A DNA stretch of 64,000 bases from Psilocybe cubensis (taxonomy: Eukaryota), in NCBI GenBank assembly GCA_017499595.2, contig CM039007.1, positions 124,001 to 188,000 on the forward strand. Reading direction: 5' to 3'. Numbering within the stretch: position 1 is the first letter of the stretch; every line of letters begins with the position of its first letter. Below are positions 11,100 to 22,119 of this stretch, piece after piece. Position numbers and translations under genes: made by a program. A model generated the notes under the pieces. It ran no database searches. It had not been told where the DNA came from and was given only the letters and a program-made list of their open reading frames with translations.

Positions 11100-12529
11100 A
11101 TGTCCTCCTACAACTTTATTCCCACCTCTAGCAAAAATTCCCCCATTGACTACACCAGTCTCAACAATCTTACCAGGCTTCTCGAAAAACTGAAGGAACC
11201 TCCTCCCGTAAAACCTATAAAATGTAAGACTAATTGCATTAATTCAAGTAAATTTAAATTGATTTCTGAGCATCAGCAATGTCTTCAAATATTAGCAACT
11301 CTAAGGAAAGCAAACGCACAGCAAGGACGGATGACCTGGCTCCGCCGCCAATGCCAGTCATTCCAGATAACCTGGCTCCACCCCCTATGCCTGTTATTCC
11401 AGCTAACCTGGCTCCTCCCCCTATGCCAGTCATTTCATCTAACCTGGCTCCGCCCCCTATGCCAGTCATCCGGAAAGACCTGGCTCCGCCGCCAATGCCA
11501 GTAATTCCAGCTAACCTGGCTCCACCCCCTATGCCAGTAATTCCAGCTAACCTGGCTCCACCCCCTATGCCTGTTATTCCAGCTAACCTGGCTCCGCCCC
11601 CTATGCCAGTCATCCGGAAAGACCTGGCTCCGCCGCCAATGCCAGTAATTCCAGCTAGCCTGGCTCCGCCCCCTATGCCAGTCATCCGGAAAGACCTGGC
11701 TCCGCCGCCAATGCCAGTAATTCCAGCTAGCCTGGCTCCACCCCCTATGCCAGTCATTCCAGCTAACCTGGCTCCGCCGCCAATGCCAGTCATCCGGAAC
11801 GACACGGCTCCGCCGCCAATGCCTGTCATCCGGAACGACTTGGCTCCGCCGCCAATGCCAATCATTCCAAATAACCTAGCTCCTCCCCCTATGCCTGTCA
11901 TTCCACCTACCCTGGATCCTCCCCCTATGCCTGTTATTCCAGATACCCTGGATCCTCCACCTATGCCTGTCATCCGGGATGATGCGGCTCCGCCGTTGAT
12001 GGCAGCACATGTTTCATACACGTCTGTCGTCGACAAAATCATTATGGACTCTCGTCCAGCTATTTCCTCTGAGAGGAAGCAAGGTCGCTATTCTCCACCC
12101 CCTGAAGCATGCCACCTGCTCCTTCAAAACCCTTATTTTCGAACCTACGGCAGGTTTGATCCCATGGGCGGCTACCCCGGTTCGCCTCCCACCCAGTCTG
12201 ACATTGAGTTCGAGAATGTAACAGATCAGACGGCGTATTTTAACCCTCCTTTTCTATATGTATGTACTCAGATATTACCAAGCACTAGATACTGACAACT
12301 ATTTTAGAATTATACCGAGCAGCAGCTACGGGCAACATACGACCAAATAATTGACAGTTCCGTCGGCGACAGTAGTTATGACGGAAAGGTTACAACGTTC
12401 AAGAACCTCCGGCTGCATCAGCTGCAGTCAGAGATTCTGACTTATAATGCGCTGGAGGAAATTGACGCTGGGCTGGCAGGGATTGAATCGAGTTTGGAAA
12501 AGCATTTGTATACCGGTAGAGATGAATAA
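11100..12529 (+). CDS. Pro-rich tandem-repeat protein, ~442 aa; probable KDZ accessory gene
   Basis: Exons 11100-11223, 11277-12259 and 12308-12529 total 1329 nt in frame. TATATAAA lies at ~11061. It has 18 copies of xxLAPPPMPVI(P/R) followed by a unique C-terminal domain. Confidence 0.75.
11330..12000 (+). repeat. 36-bp coding minisatellite, ~18.5 copies
   Basis: Unit of type AACCTGGCTCCGCCGCCAATGCCAGTCATTCCAGCT repeated in frame; variants include AN/KD/AS/ND-LAPPPMPVIP/R. Confidence 0.97.
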
Positions 12530-12972
12530 ATTATTTTTGGAGCCCTTGTGCTCATTGACTTGCAATACCCCATAAATAACCCTCCCTCTCTGGGAAGACA
12601 CGGGTCAAATGGGTCCGTCTGACAGCACAACACGGGTCAAAACGGATCCGTCTGCTTGCAATACACGGGATGTAGATGGACCCGTCCGGTTCATTTGCGG
12701 CCCGTGTTTTTCCCGTGCAGCCCGACACGCGGATCCCGCATGCCACCCGGCGGCTCCATTTAGTGCTAAATGGCACGTCATGTACGCTATGATTTGCCAG
12801 GATAAATCACACGTACATCACGCTAATCTCCTAATTAGGTAGCGGGAGTAAATCCACCGTGTCTCACGTAATATCCTTATTATTAAATCTTAGGTAATGT
12901 ACGTTATAAATAAACTGTCTTATGTGGGACGCATGGGTGCTCGCTGACAAGTGTGATCAGTTATGCTTATAA

Positions 12973-13529
12973 TCAACAATGAAATTGTTGTGAAACCGGC
13001 TCACCTTTCCAACTATTCAGCCCCGATATCTCTTCCTCCGTGAAGGGATAGGAAGAGTGCCATGGATCGAGTGACTGTATCTCTTCTTCAGTCGTGGGAT
13101 GGAATAAGGTGGCATCAGTGGACGATGCTGATAGTGGTGGATATGACGCTGAAATGGGTGTTCTATTGGACATATCTTGCTACTGTACGCAATTCAAAGA
13201 CTTACGATCAAATTTGGCAGTGGCGGAGCTTTCACCATCCAAACCTGATGACGACGAGGATACCGGTTTATAGGAGTCGGATGATACCGCCACCGTATTT
13301 GGATCACATTGGAATTGAGGCAGATATCCAAACCCGCTGTATTCCTGTCCCAGTAGTTGTTCCGAGAGTGATTCCGGTGCTACTATGGCATGAAGAGTCG
13401 ATCAACATCAAGCTTTTGTCCCTAAAATTGTCTGCAATGCTCACATTCTGCGTCAAACAGGGAATCAAAGGATCCTGGATGAAAAGTGTTCGAAGGGATA
13501 TCAAAGGATTCTTCTTGGTACTGGGCCAT
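12973..13529 (-). pseudogene. Small S/P-rich hypothetical gene with one in-frame TAG
   Basis: ATG at 13529 (MAQYQEESFDIP...), GT-AG intron 13380-13444, then an open frame to GTA CAG TAG CAA GAT ATG (stop at 13180-13182). The frame continues into ORF 12973-13173. Confidence 0.4.
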
Positions 13530-14967
13530 TGGGATATACACAAAGGAGGATGGTGCGATAGGAAGGAGAGAGAATAGTATGAGGGAAGGAACAGAATTTT
13601 TCCCTCAAAACATAGGAATCGAGTGGCGACACACACAAAAAAATCCCAGGCTCATTACCTAGTACCGAGTGTCGAGCTTCTGACTCACTATTTAGTCGTG
13701 TATCAGCGCTGCTGCTGTCAAAATCAACTTTTCTCCCACACATACACACAATGAGGCAATATACCTCCTCTTATTTTGCGCCACTCGGATTTGGGGCACC
13801 ACAATGGAACCTCATGGCGAGCAACATAGTCCTTCTTTTAACCTCGAGGCCGAGTGACCTGTCTGTTATCTATTGTGCTCTGACATTTCTTGCCAACAGA
13901 TTATGTGTACAACAGATAACATAAATGAAGTGTTATTACATCGTGAGTGTGTATCCTAGGTTTGTTGAGTCCCATCGATTACTATCACAAGTGCTCAGAC
14001 ACTATGCCTAAACAAGAAGAAAAAGATTTCTTCTCGGCAATGTTGTTCCATTGTTCTTCTCTCATTTGTGAAAAAGACCGGTGCTACCGATTGTCTCCTT
14101 GCCCACTCAAAGATACTAAAATCTTATTAGACAATGTGCTCTGTATCACTATGTCTGAGGAAAGAACAGGGTGTAGAAAGTGTACCACCAGACAGCTCCC
14201 CAGGCTAGGTCAGTCCGTCTTATCAGATTTCTCGGGTTGACACGGGATCAGGTGTCAGACGGGGCTTATAAGAACGTCATACAGGATGTTCGTTCAAGAG
14301 ACACACTTTTTTGCGTGCCAGTCAGCATGTAACAGCCGTGTCAACAGCTTCACAATTTCCTCGTATATTATTTAAACATAGATTGGATGCCGTCATTGTA
14401 TTCACGTATGTGCGTCTATCAGATATTCTGAACGAGGGCCTCTTCACGTAGAGTGCTCTCACACAACACCCTCTGTGCTATTAATATTACACATGACTCC
14501 GTTTGATCCGTCCTCCGCTATATGTTAGGCGTTGAGATGCCCCACGGAGGTCTTGTTGGTTGAAGCGTCTGTTTACATGAGTAAGTGCAAGACACATAGT
14601 CGAGTTGTCTGAACGTGTGCGCTGAACATGTGCCTGTGCAGGCGCAATACTTTAACTTTAACTAAATGCCTGTGCCGGCCGATTTACATAATTCAATTTT
14701 GGTTCTCAGCACGGGTTAATCCGATTCGGATTCTTTCGACAGGGGCAAATACATCGTTAGCCACGTCCTTCATATCCAGCAACGACACTCGACTCACTGG
14801 AACATTTGGATTGGGGCATCGGATTACATAGTTACCTTGACCCCTACCAATTGTGCTCATGCTTGTCATGCAGACCAACGACACTGAAGGAAGCTTAATG
14901 GTCGTGTCGCTGCCTATTTGCCTTTCCATGACACGTCGTGTTCACTTCATCCTTCGTCACACCGGGT

Positions 14968-15462
14968 TTAGGGGCAGGCGACAACAGTCATGGTTCTCCT
15001 TCTTGCGCTGAACAGTAACAGCAGCGCAGATGCGTCTGACCATAACCCACATCTCCGAGGACCATTCCGAGCAGGACACCATGGGAGTTTTGGAAAGTAA
15101 CGGTGCCAGTAGTAGCCACTGTACCGCAGATATCCTGGATCCAAGGATTTTTGCCCAAGGCACTGACATCTGTTTAAGGGATAGACGCACTTCTTCGGGT
15201 GACGTGGCAAGAGAGGATGAGGACGCCCAGAATAATGAAGTATCTTCGTAAATTTTGCTGTGATTTTACAGTTATAAGCGCCCGTTTGTCATGCAGCGCG
15301 TCAGCTAGGGAAGGGTGCTGTGCTGTGCCTGTGAACGTACTCTTTAATGAAAAGCTTTAGGAACAGCCGGTAAACATCTCGCACCAGTGACGCACATCTT
15401 CCGTGATATCAATTTATACCATTTCCGACCCTTCCTGTCGACTTCACTCCTCTCCTCCTTGT
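14968..15462 (+). pseudogene. Degenerate duplicate of the last exon and 3' flank of the 19244-20664 membrane-protein gene
   Basis: Colinear with 20349-20863 through shared blocks AGCAGCGCAGATGC, CCATAACCCACATCTCCGA, ATATCCTGGATCCAA, GACGTGGCAAG, GTCAGCTAGGGAA, AAACATCTCGCACCAGTG and CCCTTCCTGTCGA. It has indels and no upstream exons. Confidence 0.85.
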
Positions 15463-15791
15463 ACAGCTGTATACACAGACCAACGCCTACAATGTTTAGT
15501 TGGTTTAGAGAGGATTGATTCTTGGTAAGATTTTACCAGTTGTTAAATAACTTCTTCGAAGTTCAAGTATCAAGTATAGAGTAAGTTGGTCAGTTATATG
15601 CAGTGTAGTTAATCAATTTTCAAATGAATTCCAAGAGTTCTCTTGCAAGTGTGAGCGTACTACGACAACAGAGCACAGAAATCAATTTTTTGGCTCTTTA
15701 CTCCTTTTCACCAGGAATTACTTGCTTTTTCGTCCGCTTTTGTACACAGCTCACACCTGTCCTGCTATTTTAGATCTTTCTGATGTCGAGA

Positions 15792-15982
15792 ACGACTTCT
15801 CCTCTGTTATTCTCCATCCCCGTGTAGACCGCATCGCTTACTTTTCATGAAAACATAACTGAAAATAGATTGTTGCTGAACAATGCCGGGGAACCCAAAC
15901 AGACCGGGCGGTTATGATGATCATGAGGAAAAGTGAGCGATGCAGTCCACACGGGGATGGAGAACAACGGAGAAGAAGTCGT
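15792..15982. repeat. Imperfect inverted repeat (55-bp arms, 81-nt spacer)
   Basis: 15792-15846 versus the reverse complement of 15928-15982 match at 49/55 positions; all six differences are transitions. Confidence 0.9.
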
Positions 15983-16093
15983 GTGCTGCATACGGCCTAT
16001 AACGATGGCATCGGTAAGTTGGGGAACAGTCCTGTTCAAGAACGTAAAGCCAAGATATATGAAAGCGCCCCTTGCACAGGAGTGGATGACAAA

Positions 16094-16718
16094 AAGAAAG
16101 GCTGGAGACAGTATGAGACACAGGCGTGGCCACTTAGGACATTCCAATCTCTAATGATACATGATATTTACCCCAACAATATTTTTTTTCAGCGGGGAAG
16201 TCCTCATTCTCACGGTACGATTCAGAATTGGCAGAGCATGCGTACCCTTTCTAGCTGTATAGCTAATTAATTTGATGAATCCAAGCACATGCTCATGTTT
16301 AAGCTTATGTTTACGAGATTACCAAACATCCCTCAACAGAGCCTCCCGGTGCGTAGAATCAGAAAGGGCCCAATACCTTGTCCTGCATAAATCATTATGG
16401 TGCAAGAAAGGCTGGAGCGAAAATATGAAACACAGGCGTGGTCACCTAGGACTGATACATGTTATTTGCCCCAGCGATAATTTTTCAGGCGGGGAAGTCC
16501 TCATTCTCACGGTACGATTCAGAATTGGCAGAGCATGCGTACCCTTTCTACGGGATGTTGTTGTATAGCTAATTAATTTGATGAATCGTAGCACATGCTT
16601 ATGTTTAAGAATATGTTGTACGAGATTACCAAACAGCGATCAACAGAGCCTTCCAGTGCGTAGAAGCAGAAGGGCCTCAATACCTTCCTTCCTTCACCTA
16701 CATAGGTCATCATGGTGC
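16094..16718. repeat. Two-copy tandem duplication of ~310 bp
   Basis: Units start with AAGAAAGGCTGGAG at 16094 and 16404. They share the identical core GCGGGGAAGTCCTCATTCTCACGGTACGATTCAGAATTGGCAGAGCATGCGTACCCTTTCTA and end in ATGGTGC. Confidence 0.92.
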
Positions 16719-17040
16719 ATGCAGTTGTGTCACGGACGACAAGAACATATCATGTCCTGCATCCGGCTCACTGGTTAGCGTCTATAATGAGTTCAAGTTG
16801 GTTGATGCCAAGTTGATGCGACCGATATAACTTGCACCAGTCGATGATAGCGGACTTTGAGAATGTTGTTCATTAATATGCTGTTTTCTCGAACACAAGA
16901 GTACATCATGATCAACTTCACTGGCTAAAGATGGGTCTACCACTAAAAAAATAATCAAGGACGACAACTATAAAGGGAGACTCATGGATCACCACTAGAG
17001 CAGGCTTTCAGGAAACAACAATTCAACAGCCTTGTTTCCG

Positions 17041-17539
17041 ATGCACTTCAACTCTCTAGTACTGTTCACCATCGCTGCAGTATCCGCTATTGCTGGCGCA
17101 GTTCCTGCATCGGTGAGGCAACCTTCTTACCTCACCACTCATCATCTCACAATATATGCAGGCGAACAATGGCGGCATCATGTCGCTCGAAGAAATGAAA
17201 GCATTCGTCAATACATTACCTCCCGACGAAGTGACTCTAGTCGGGGACCCGTTTGGTACCCTCTCGTCGCGCGCTGCACTGTCGGTCACCGTCACATTCT
17301 GCAGCACCCGGTCGGCGGACATATGCACCGGTCCGTGCACAGTCAGGACGCTCCCGGGTGGTACATGTATCGATACGCCAAACACCAACTGCCTCGCCGC
17401 CACGGGTCAGGTTGTATTCTGCGGTAGTCCTGCGTGTGGTGGAATCTGCAACTTGCTCAGCACGTGCGCGGGGCACCTGGAAAACAATTTCTGCTTTACG
17501 CCTGCAACCAAGTCGATTGGTGTTCCCGCTGGATCTTAG
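17041..17539 (+). CDS. Small secreted cysteine-rich protein (10 Cys), ~149 aa
   Basis: Signal peptide MHFNSLVLFTIAAVSAIAGAVP; GT-AG intron 17113-17161; a pro-region ending ..LSSR; then a domain with 10 Cys. TATAAA at ~16969. Confidence 0.88.
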
Positions 17540-19243
17540 GAAATTTTAATGTTTAGTGGGTACAGGTTTTCTAGACCGCGGATAGCCTCACATGCCATTG
17601 TTTGCAGTGTTACAAACCGTATGTCAACAAGAAATTGCTTCAAATGAGAGAAAAAAGACAAAAATAAAGGACTAGCACTGAGTAACGGGAAGCCATTGAT
17701 GTCAAAGATATTATTGTAAAAAAGAGTAAAAAATGTAGAGAGGCCTTGATAGTCAATGCTCTCGGTGTTAATGTCCTCTTCCCACGCTAAGTTTTGTAGA
17801 TGTGTCTCCGACGCCTGTTTTTGAGAATGCTTTTGGCGCGCTTCCATCCGGCTGACAGTTCCTGCGCAAGCTTCAGTACCATATGTTGTATACTCTACTT
17901 ATCCACGAGGTCCACCAGTCCCTGTGTTCACGTCATCAATACCAGCAGCAGCAGCAGCAGCAGCACCATTCATATGGTTACCAGCAGACAAAGCTGAAGC
18001 TGAAAAATAAGATAGCGCATCGTGTACGGGAATGAGGTGTCCGTAGCAGTCGTAAACGTGTGTGTAGCGTGGAAAGAGCAAGGGTTCAGTGGCGCTGGAG
18101 AGCTTGAGGTCTGAAACTAGGAAAGGCGCAGCACGTGCATCATTCCACGCGTCCGTGATGATGTCATCGCTCGCTTACCAGTGCGCGTCATAGCATAAAT
18201 GCTTATGCCTAGGAATGTATAGCGACGTTACTGGTCACTTTAGTTATTATATATCTTGTAACTATTTTGATTATATGACCAAATATCGGACAATCATCAT
18301 GGAACTAGAAGATGGAAAAAAAGATCATATCATGATGTATACCAGATGGCCGTGCAGATGGACATTGCTTGCTACTTGATACTAACATAGGGTTCAGATT
18401 ACAACTCCAAATTTATCCGACAGGATACAATCACCGTTGTCATTAAGCATATATCAAGAATACACGACGGAAGCCGAGATGGACGTCCAAAACATAACAA
18501 ATGCCAAAAATGCAGTGACCGAGAGTTTATAGTCATGAATGACATGTGTCTTGCTATCGTGGATGTAGACATGTTATATCGCCACGAGCCTTCTCCCTCC
18601 CCAGACAGCAATCATACACTTTTCAGCCACGTATTTTTAGTATATTATGATCATTAACAAAACCAATAGGTTTCCGTGTCATTTGTAAAGTCATGGATAG
18701 TGATACATCAAAGTTCGGTCTCCTCGTCTCCAGGACAGAACTTCCGTTGTTAAACATGGGAAGTCTATTGAGAAAAACACCTTCGTTGCTTTATCCGTAC
18801 GATACGCAACAAAGACGGCCTTGTCCTCTCCGCCGCGAACCGCTTAGTGAGGCTGTCAGCAGAGACAGCATTCCATCAAGACAATCAAGCCTTCTCCTGG
18901 CTCCATAACGTTGACGTTGAATAGATTAGGAGGTATTGCAGGAGTAAGAGGTCATATGCGTACAATTCCTTGTTATAACTGCAATTGGTTTCCTAGAGAC
19001 TCATTTTGTGGAGATCGTCGCCAATGACTTTATTCCAGGGATTCCGATCAGAACAGGTTACCCTTCAAGCTTCAACTTCATCAACGGCGTTCACCGCTTC
19101 CCAACGGAAGATCCTCTTGTGCGAATTGAGGTGTGTAGATCTTTATGAACACAAATATACGTTTATTAATGCTATAAAACGGCGCCAGCACCAAAGGCCA
19201 TCCTCATCTATCCAACCGCAGTAACTGCCCACTACACTGAACT

Positions 19244-20664
19244 ATGTCCATTTCTGATATGCCCACCCCAGCTATCGAGGAGGACTACATAATTAGTGGA
19301 AACTTAAACGGGCCAATGTTGTACAATTCCTTGATGGGTACGTATTACAACACGCTTCAATTCCGAGTTCGATGCAATCCAATTGATCCACATTCTATAG
19401 GGGTGTATACCGTAGTTTATGGAAGCACAATTTACGTGTATAGTATGTTTAATTTCGAAAGCACGGTGAAGTAAACCAATCAACAAATGTCTCTTCAGTG
19501 TCAAGGGCAGCGTCAAATACACGCCGATGTATAGTTTTGACCACAATCTCGGTGCTGTACCTTCTCGCACTCTGCAATCTAATACTCAATTGGTACTTCC
19601 TCGACCAATCGCTTGTAAAAGATGGCGATACCCGCGATACCACGTTTGCCTCGATGCTATCTACACCGTTATGGTTCAATGCAATGTTTGCGTTTTTACA
19701 AAATATGTCCATTGTGATTTCAGACGGACTCTTGGTAGGTTATCTACAATATCTCCATGATGAAAAATCCTAACAACGGGTTGTCTATAGATTTGGCGAT
19801 GTTATTATGTGTGGGGACGATGTATAAAAGTTACAAGCATTCTATGTCTTCTTCTAGTCACCGAATTCAGTATGTGCACTTCCTGCTTGAAAATAAGAAT
19901 TAAGCTGACATAAAACCTTTTCAGTTCTCTCCGTCACGGACACAGTCTTCTACGGGCTAAGCAGTACCTACTCCAGCATCTCAAACGCCGCCCTATCTGA
20001 AAACATCCTCATCGCACTAACTTTCATCTCAATGGGTACCACCGTCTCCACAACCACTCTCATCGGATACAAAATTCACACCACCTCATTCCCCTCTACC
20101 TCGCCCTTACCCTTCAAGAGCGCCCGGAAACCAATATACACACGCTACGCGCGAATCGTGTCCACCATCGCCGAGTCCTCCGCGGTATACTCTCTCGTTG
20201 TCGTGCTATACGCAGTGACAGTCGTCGTCCCAGCGTTCTACTCCATAACATCCGTCTTTACCGAGGTATCGTACTACATCCAGGCGGTTCTCCTTATTAT
20301 ACCGGTATGTATTGGCCTACTCGAATTTGTACTCTGAGCATCTCGATCTTAGGGGCTGGCGACAACAATCATGGTCCTCCGGCTTGCGCTCAATAGTACG
20401 AGCAGCGCAGATGCCTCAGACACCATAACCCACATCTCCGAAATAAACTTCGACCATTCTGAGCAAGACACCATCGGATACTCGGATTATAATAGCAGCG
20501 GTGCCAGCAGCAGCAACCGTTGTACCTCTAATATCCTGGATCCAATAACTTTCTCCCAAAGCGCATGCACCGGCAGTTTCGATAGACACGCCCACTCGTT
20601 TGACGTGGCAAGGCAGGATGAGGACGCACATGATAGTGAGGTAGCATCACAAAGTTGGCTGTGA
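19244..20664 (+). CDS. Multi-pass (7TM-like) membrane protein of an expanded agaric family
   Basis: Hydrophobic exons joined by short GT-AG introns. Family-type motifs ISDGLL|IWRCYYVW, TTTLIGYKI, IAESSAVYS and GLATTIMVLRLAL; stop TGA at 20662-20664. Confidence 0.82.
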
Positions 20665-21609
20665 TACACGGTTCTAGGTGCCCATTTTTCATGCGGTACG
20701 TCAGCTAGGGAAAGGTGGTGTGCAGTTTCTGTGGGCGGACTGTTCCAAGAAATATGTTGAGGAGCTGACCGCAAACATCTCGCACCAGTGTGACAGGCAT
20801 CTTCTGTAATACTAGGATATATCATCTCCCTCCCTTCCTGTCGAATTCACCTTCTCCTCCTTGCCCAACAATGCGCACAAACTGACACCTATCATACCAC
20901 ACAATGACGCGCACAAATTCAAAACATGCGCAATTCCCTGCTGCACGATGTCCCTCAACGAGTCTTATCCGCCCAAAGTCAAACCGCTTAAGGTTATCTG
21001 CGATCTAACACATACTTTAGCGCCCGTTGATACGCAGTGCAGCTCGCTAACCACGGAAACCGCGCACGCACAAGTCCATTTTCCACGCTTCACATAACGC
21101 CGGAACATCAATACACCACCGACCTCCCCTACCGACACCGATATTCCTCGCTGCCGGTTCCATTACTCATCTGTCTCTAATCTCCATTCTATTTAATATA
21201 CTTCGTCGTAATATATTCACAATTTTTCTTCATTTTAGAATCAGACTTTCGCATATAGCAGTGGCTTTTCATTTCACCCACACATTCCGAGCAGACATAT
21301 TAGATATAATTCAAGCTTACAAAACTTACATGCTCCTTTTGTAGAGCCAGTGCTATCTCGAGAGACAGATGAGTGATAATAATAACGATTTACAGTCTTG
21401 TGTATTGATGAAATGTCATTTCCATCACACTACTCATTTCACTTTAAGGTTTTAAAACAAATAAAAGCAGAGAACCAAACATGGTGTATTGTTAATTATT
21501 GATGAGACACGCTTTAATATTCACTTTATCTATAACCTCCTCCGCATATCTGTCTTTAAAATCCGTTCCCAGAATCGATTTCCCATTACGTCTGATTGTC
21601 GAGAGTCGA

Positions 21610-22119
21610 TCACAGGACGCAGTTAAAGAAGCAGGCTAGAACACATCCAGCATATGCACCACTGCCACCATCTTCCCAGTTGCTAGGATCATACTGGGAG
21701 CATTCACCCAGACACGAACCATACCCTTCAGGGCACGCCGATAGATTAATTGGCGCCGCCTTCTGCTGCTGCGCAGCAGATCCAGGTGCCCTAAATCAAA
21801 CACACACACGCAGCGTCAACTTAAAATGTCCACAACATGACACTCCCATTGCACAACAAACAACTTACTTTGCACTGTGCTTCTTGACATGGGCAGCGAA
21901 CGCAGCTGCCAGTGGGTCCTGCGTCTTCGGCGCGTTTGATGAGACGGCAGGTTTGGTGTGTCCGACGTCGCTGCACGCGACTTCCATGACTTTGCACATC
22001 GCGTCGAGGCGGGTTTGTGCGGATGCACCACCGACGTTGGTATCGGAACAGGCGGCTACGAGGAGCGCAGAGCTCAATATAACAGAGATGCCGAAAAGGA
22101 TTGCGCGGAAAGCGTGCAT
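21610..22119 (-). CDS. Small secreted protein with C-terminal 6-Cys domain, ~143 aa
   Basis: Signal peptide MHAFRAILFGISVILSSALLVAA; intron 21791-21868 (GTAAGT..TAG); exon 2 reads ..NLSACPEGYGSCLGECSQYDPSNWEDGGSGAYAGCVLACFFNCVL*. Confidence 0.8.

Larger units (their letters stand above)
1..12950. mobile_element. Large multi-gene KDZ transposon (one arm; other end outside window; right boundary approximate, ~12.75-12.97 kb)
   Basis: A KDZ transposase and four closely packed uncharacterised genes share an ACGG/CCGT-rich signature, densest at 12598-12755 and fading after it. A short palindrome CCATTTAG-tg-CTAAATGG lies at 12756-12773. TIR and TSD cannot be confirmed because only one end is visible. 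Confidence 0.65.

Noticed and set aside
11330-12000. CRISPR-like periodicity
   Set aside because: Head-to-tail 36-bp units with no unique spacers, in a eukaryotic coding exon.
11254-12042. 262-aa Gly-rich minus-strand ORF (GIGGGAR repeats)
   Set aside because: Reverse complement of the minisatellite; the plus strand has the TATA box, introns and unique flanking coding sequence.
17943-17963. (CAG)7 microsatellite
   Set aside because: Short, and not within a supportable gene.
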